Below are positions 63,384-64,000 of a stretch of 64,000 bases of DNA, in pieces. This DNA is from Octopus vulgaris (Eukaryota): contig OX597818.1 of the NCBI GenBank assembly GCA_951406725.2, positions 47,058,001 to 47,122,000 of the forward strand. The letters are read 5' to 3'. Every line of letters starts with the position of its first letter. Position 1 is the first letter of the stretch. The notes beneath the pieces are model-generated. The model saw nothing but the letters and a program-made list of their open reading frames with translations. It had not been told where the DNA came from and ran no database searches. The position numbers and the translations under genes are program-made.

Positions 63384-64000
63384 GAAGTTTGCCAGTCTCC
63401 CACCCTACATTGAGGACAACTACTTCAAGCATCTCTGAAGTCATTATCCAAAAATAACTTCAATTTCAATGCATATAATTCCTCTTGATTGTCTTAACAC
63501 CACTGGTGCAGATACTAAATTGTTTATTTTTCTGAATTGTCTACACCAGTTAATAGTTCTTCCTTACACATTTGACTGTCACACCTACTCTCCAAACATA
63601 CTAATGAAGTTAGTTTGCCTCACATACTCTTTCTGTTCAACAATTCTGCCTAAATGGTTGAAGCTCTGCTTGTTCTATGCATTGGCAGTTAATGTGCTTT
63701 ACCTTAGATCAATCTGAAACAGATAAAGAAACCATATTTCTAAGCATGTTTGTCCACAATTTTCATACAACCAAACCTAACCCATCCTGATGGTTCACCT
63801 GTATAACTGCATTGCAGTTTGCAGAAGTGAACATTACTGCTGAGAATAGCTGGAGGTGTTTGTCCACTACAGCAATGCCTGCAAGATGACCATCTAGAGA
63901 GCAATGATTGCTTTTGTGTATGCTAACTTTCACCCAGACTTTTACATCAGTTGCCATAAGGGTCTCTACATGATTTGCAGAATCTTTCTACTTACTATTT

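Overview
AT-rich, repeat-saturated eukaryotic DNA. The tRNA-derived SINEs, RTE LINEs with (GAT)n tails and dense (TA)n/(TG)n microsatellites look like an octopus (coleoid cephalopod) genome; this is an inference. Almost all ORFs in the track are repeat artefacts. One real gene is visible on the + strand as three phase-compatible exons (44042-45377, 54952-55092, 59756-59858). They encode a proline-rich, disordered N-terminal region, tentatively DENND2/ST5-like, and the gene continues beyond the window. The rest is SINEs, RTE/CR1-type LINE fragments, Penelope-like (PLE) RT and GIY-YIG remnants, Tc1/mariner, pogo-like and piggyBac-like MITEs, Helitrons and a Chapaev-like fragment. The main unexpected signal is a dispersed set of hammerhead-ribozyme motifs. 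Two have complete canonical cores (9183-9305 + and 62132-62209 +); variant or decayed ones lie near 4.5, 20.5, 35.3, 35.7, 61.2 and 61.9 kb. Several sit in fold-back (inverted-repeat) non-coding cassettes whose mirror arm carries a broken core, consistent with PLE pseudo-LTRs or retrozyme-like elements. One hammerhead cluster lies just downstream of a correctly spaced TATA/Inr core promoter. All folds and alignments were done by eye.
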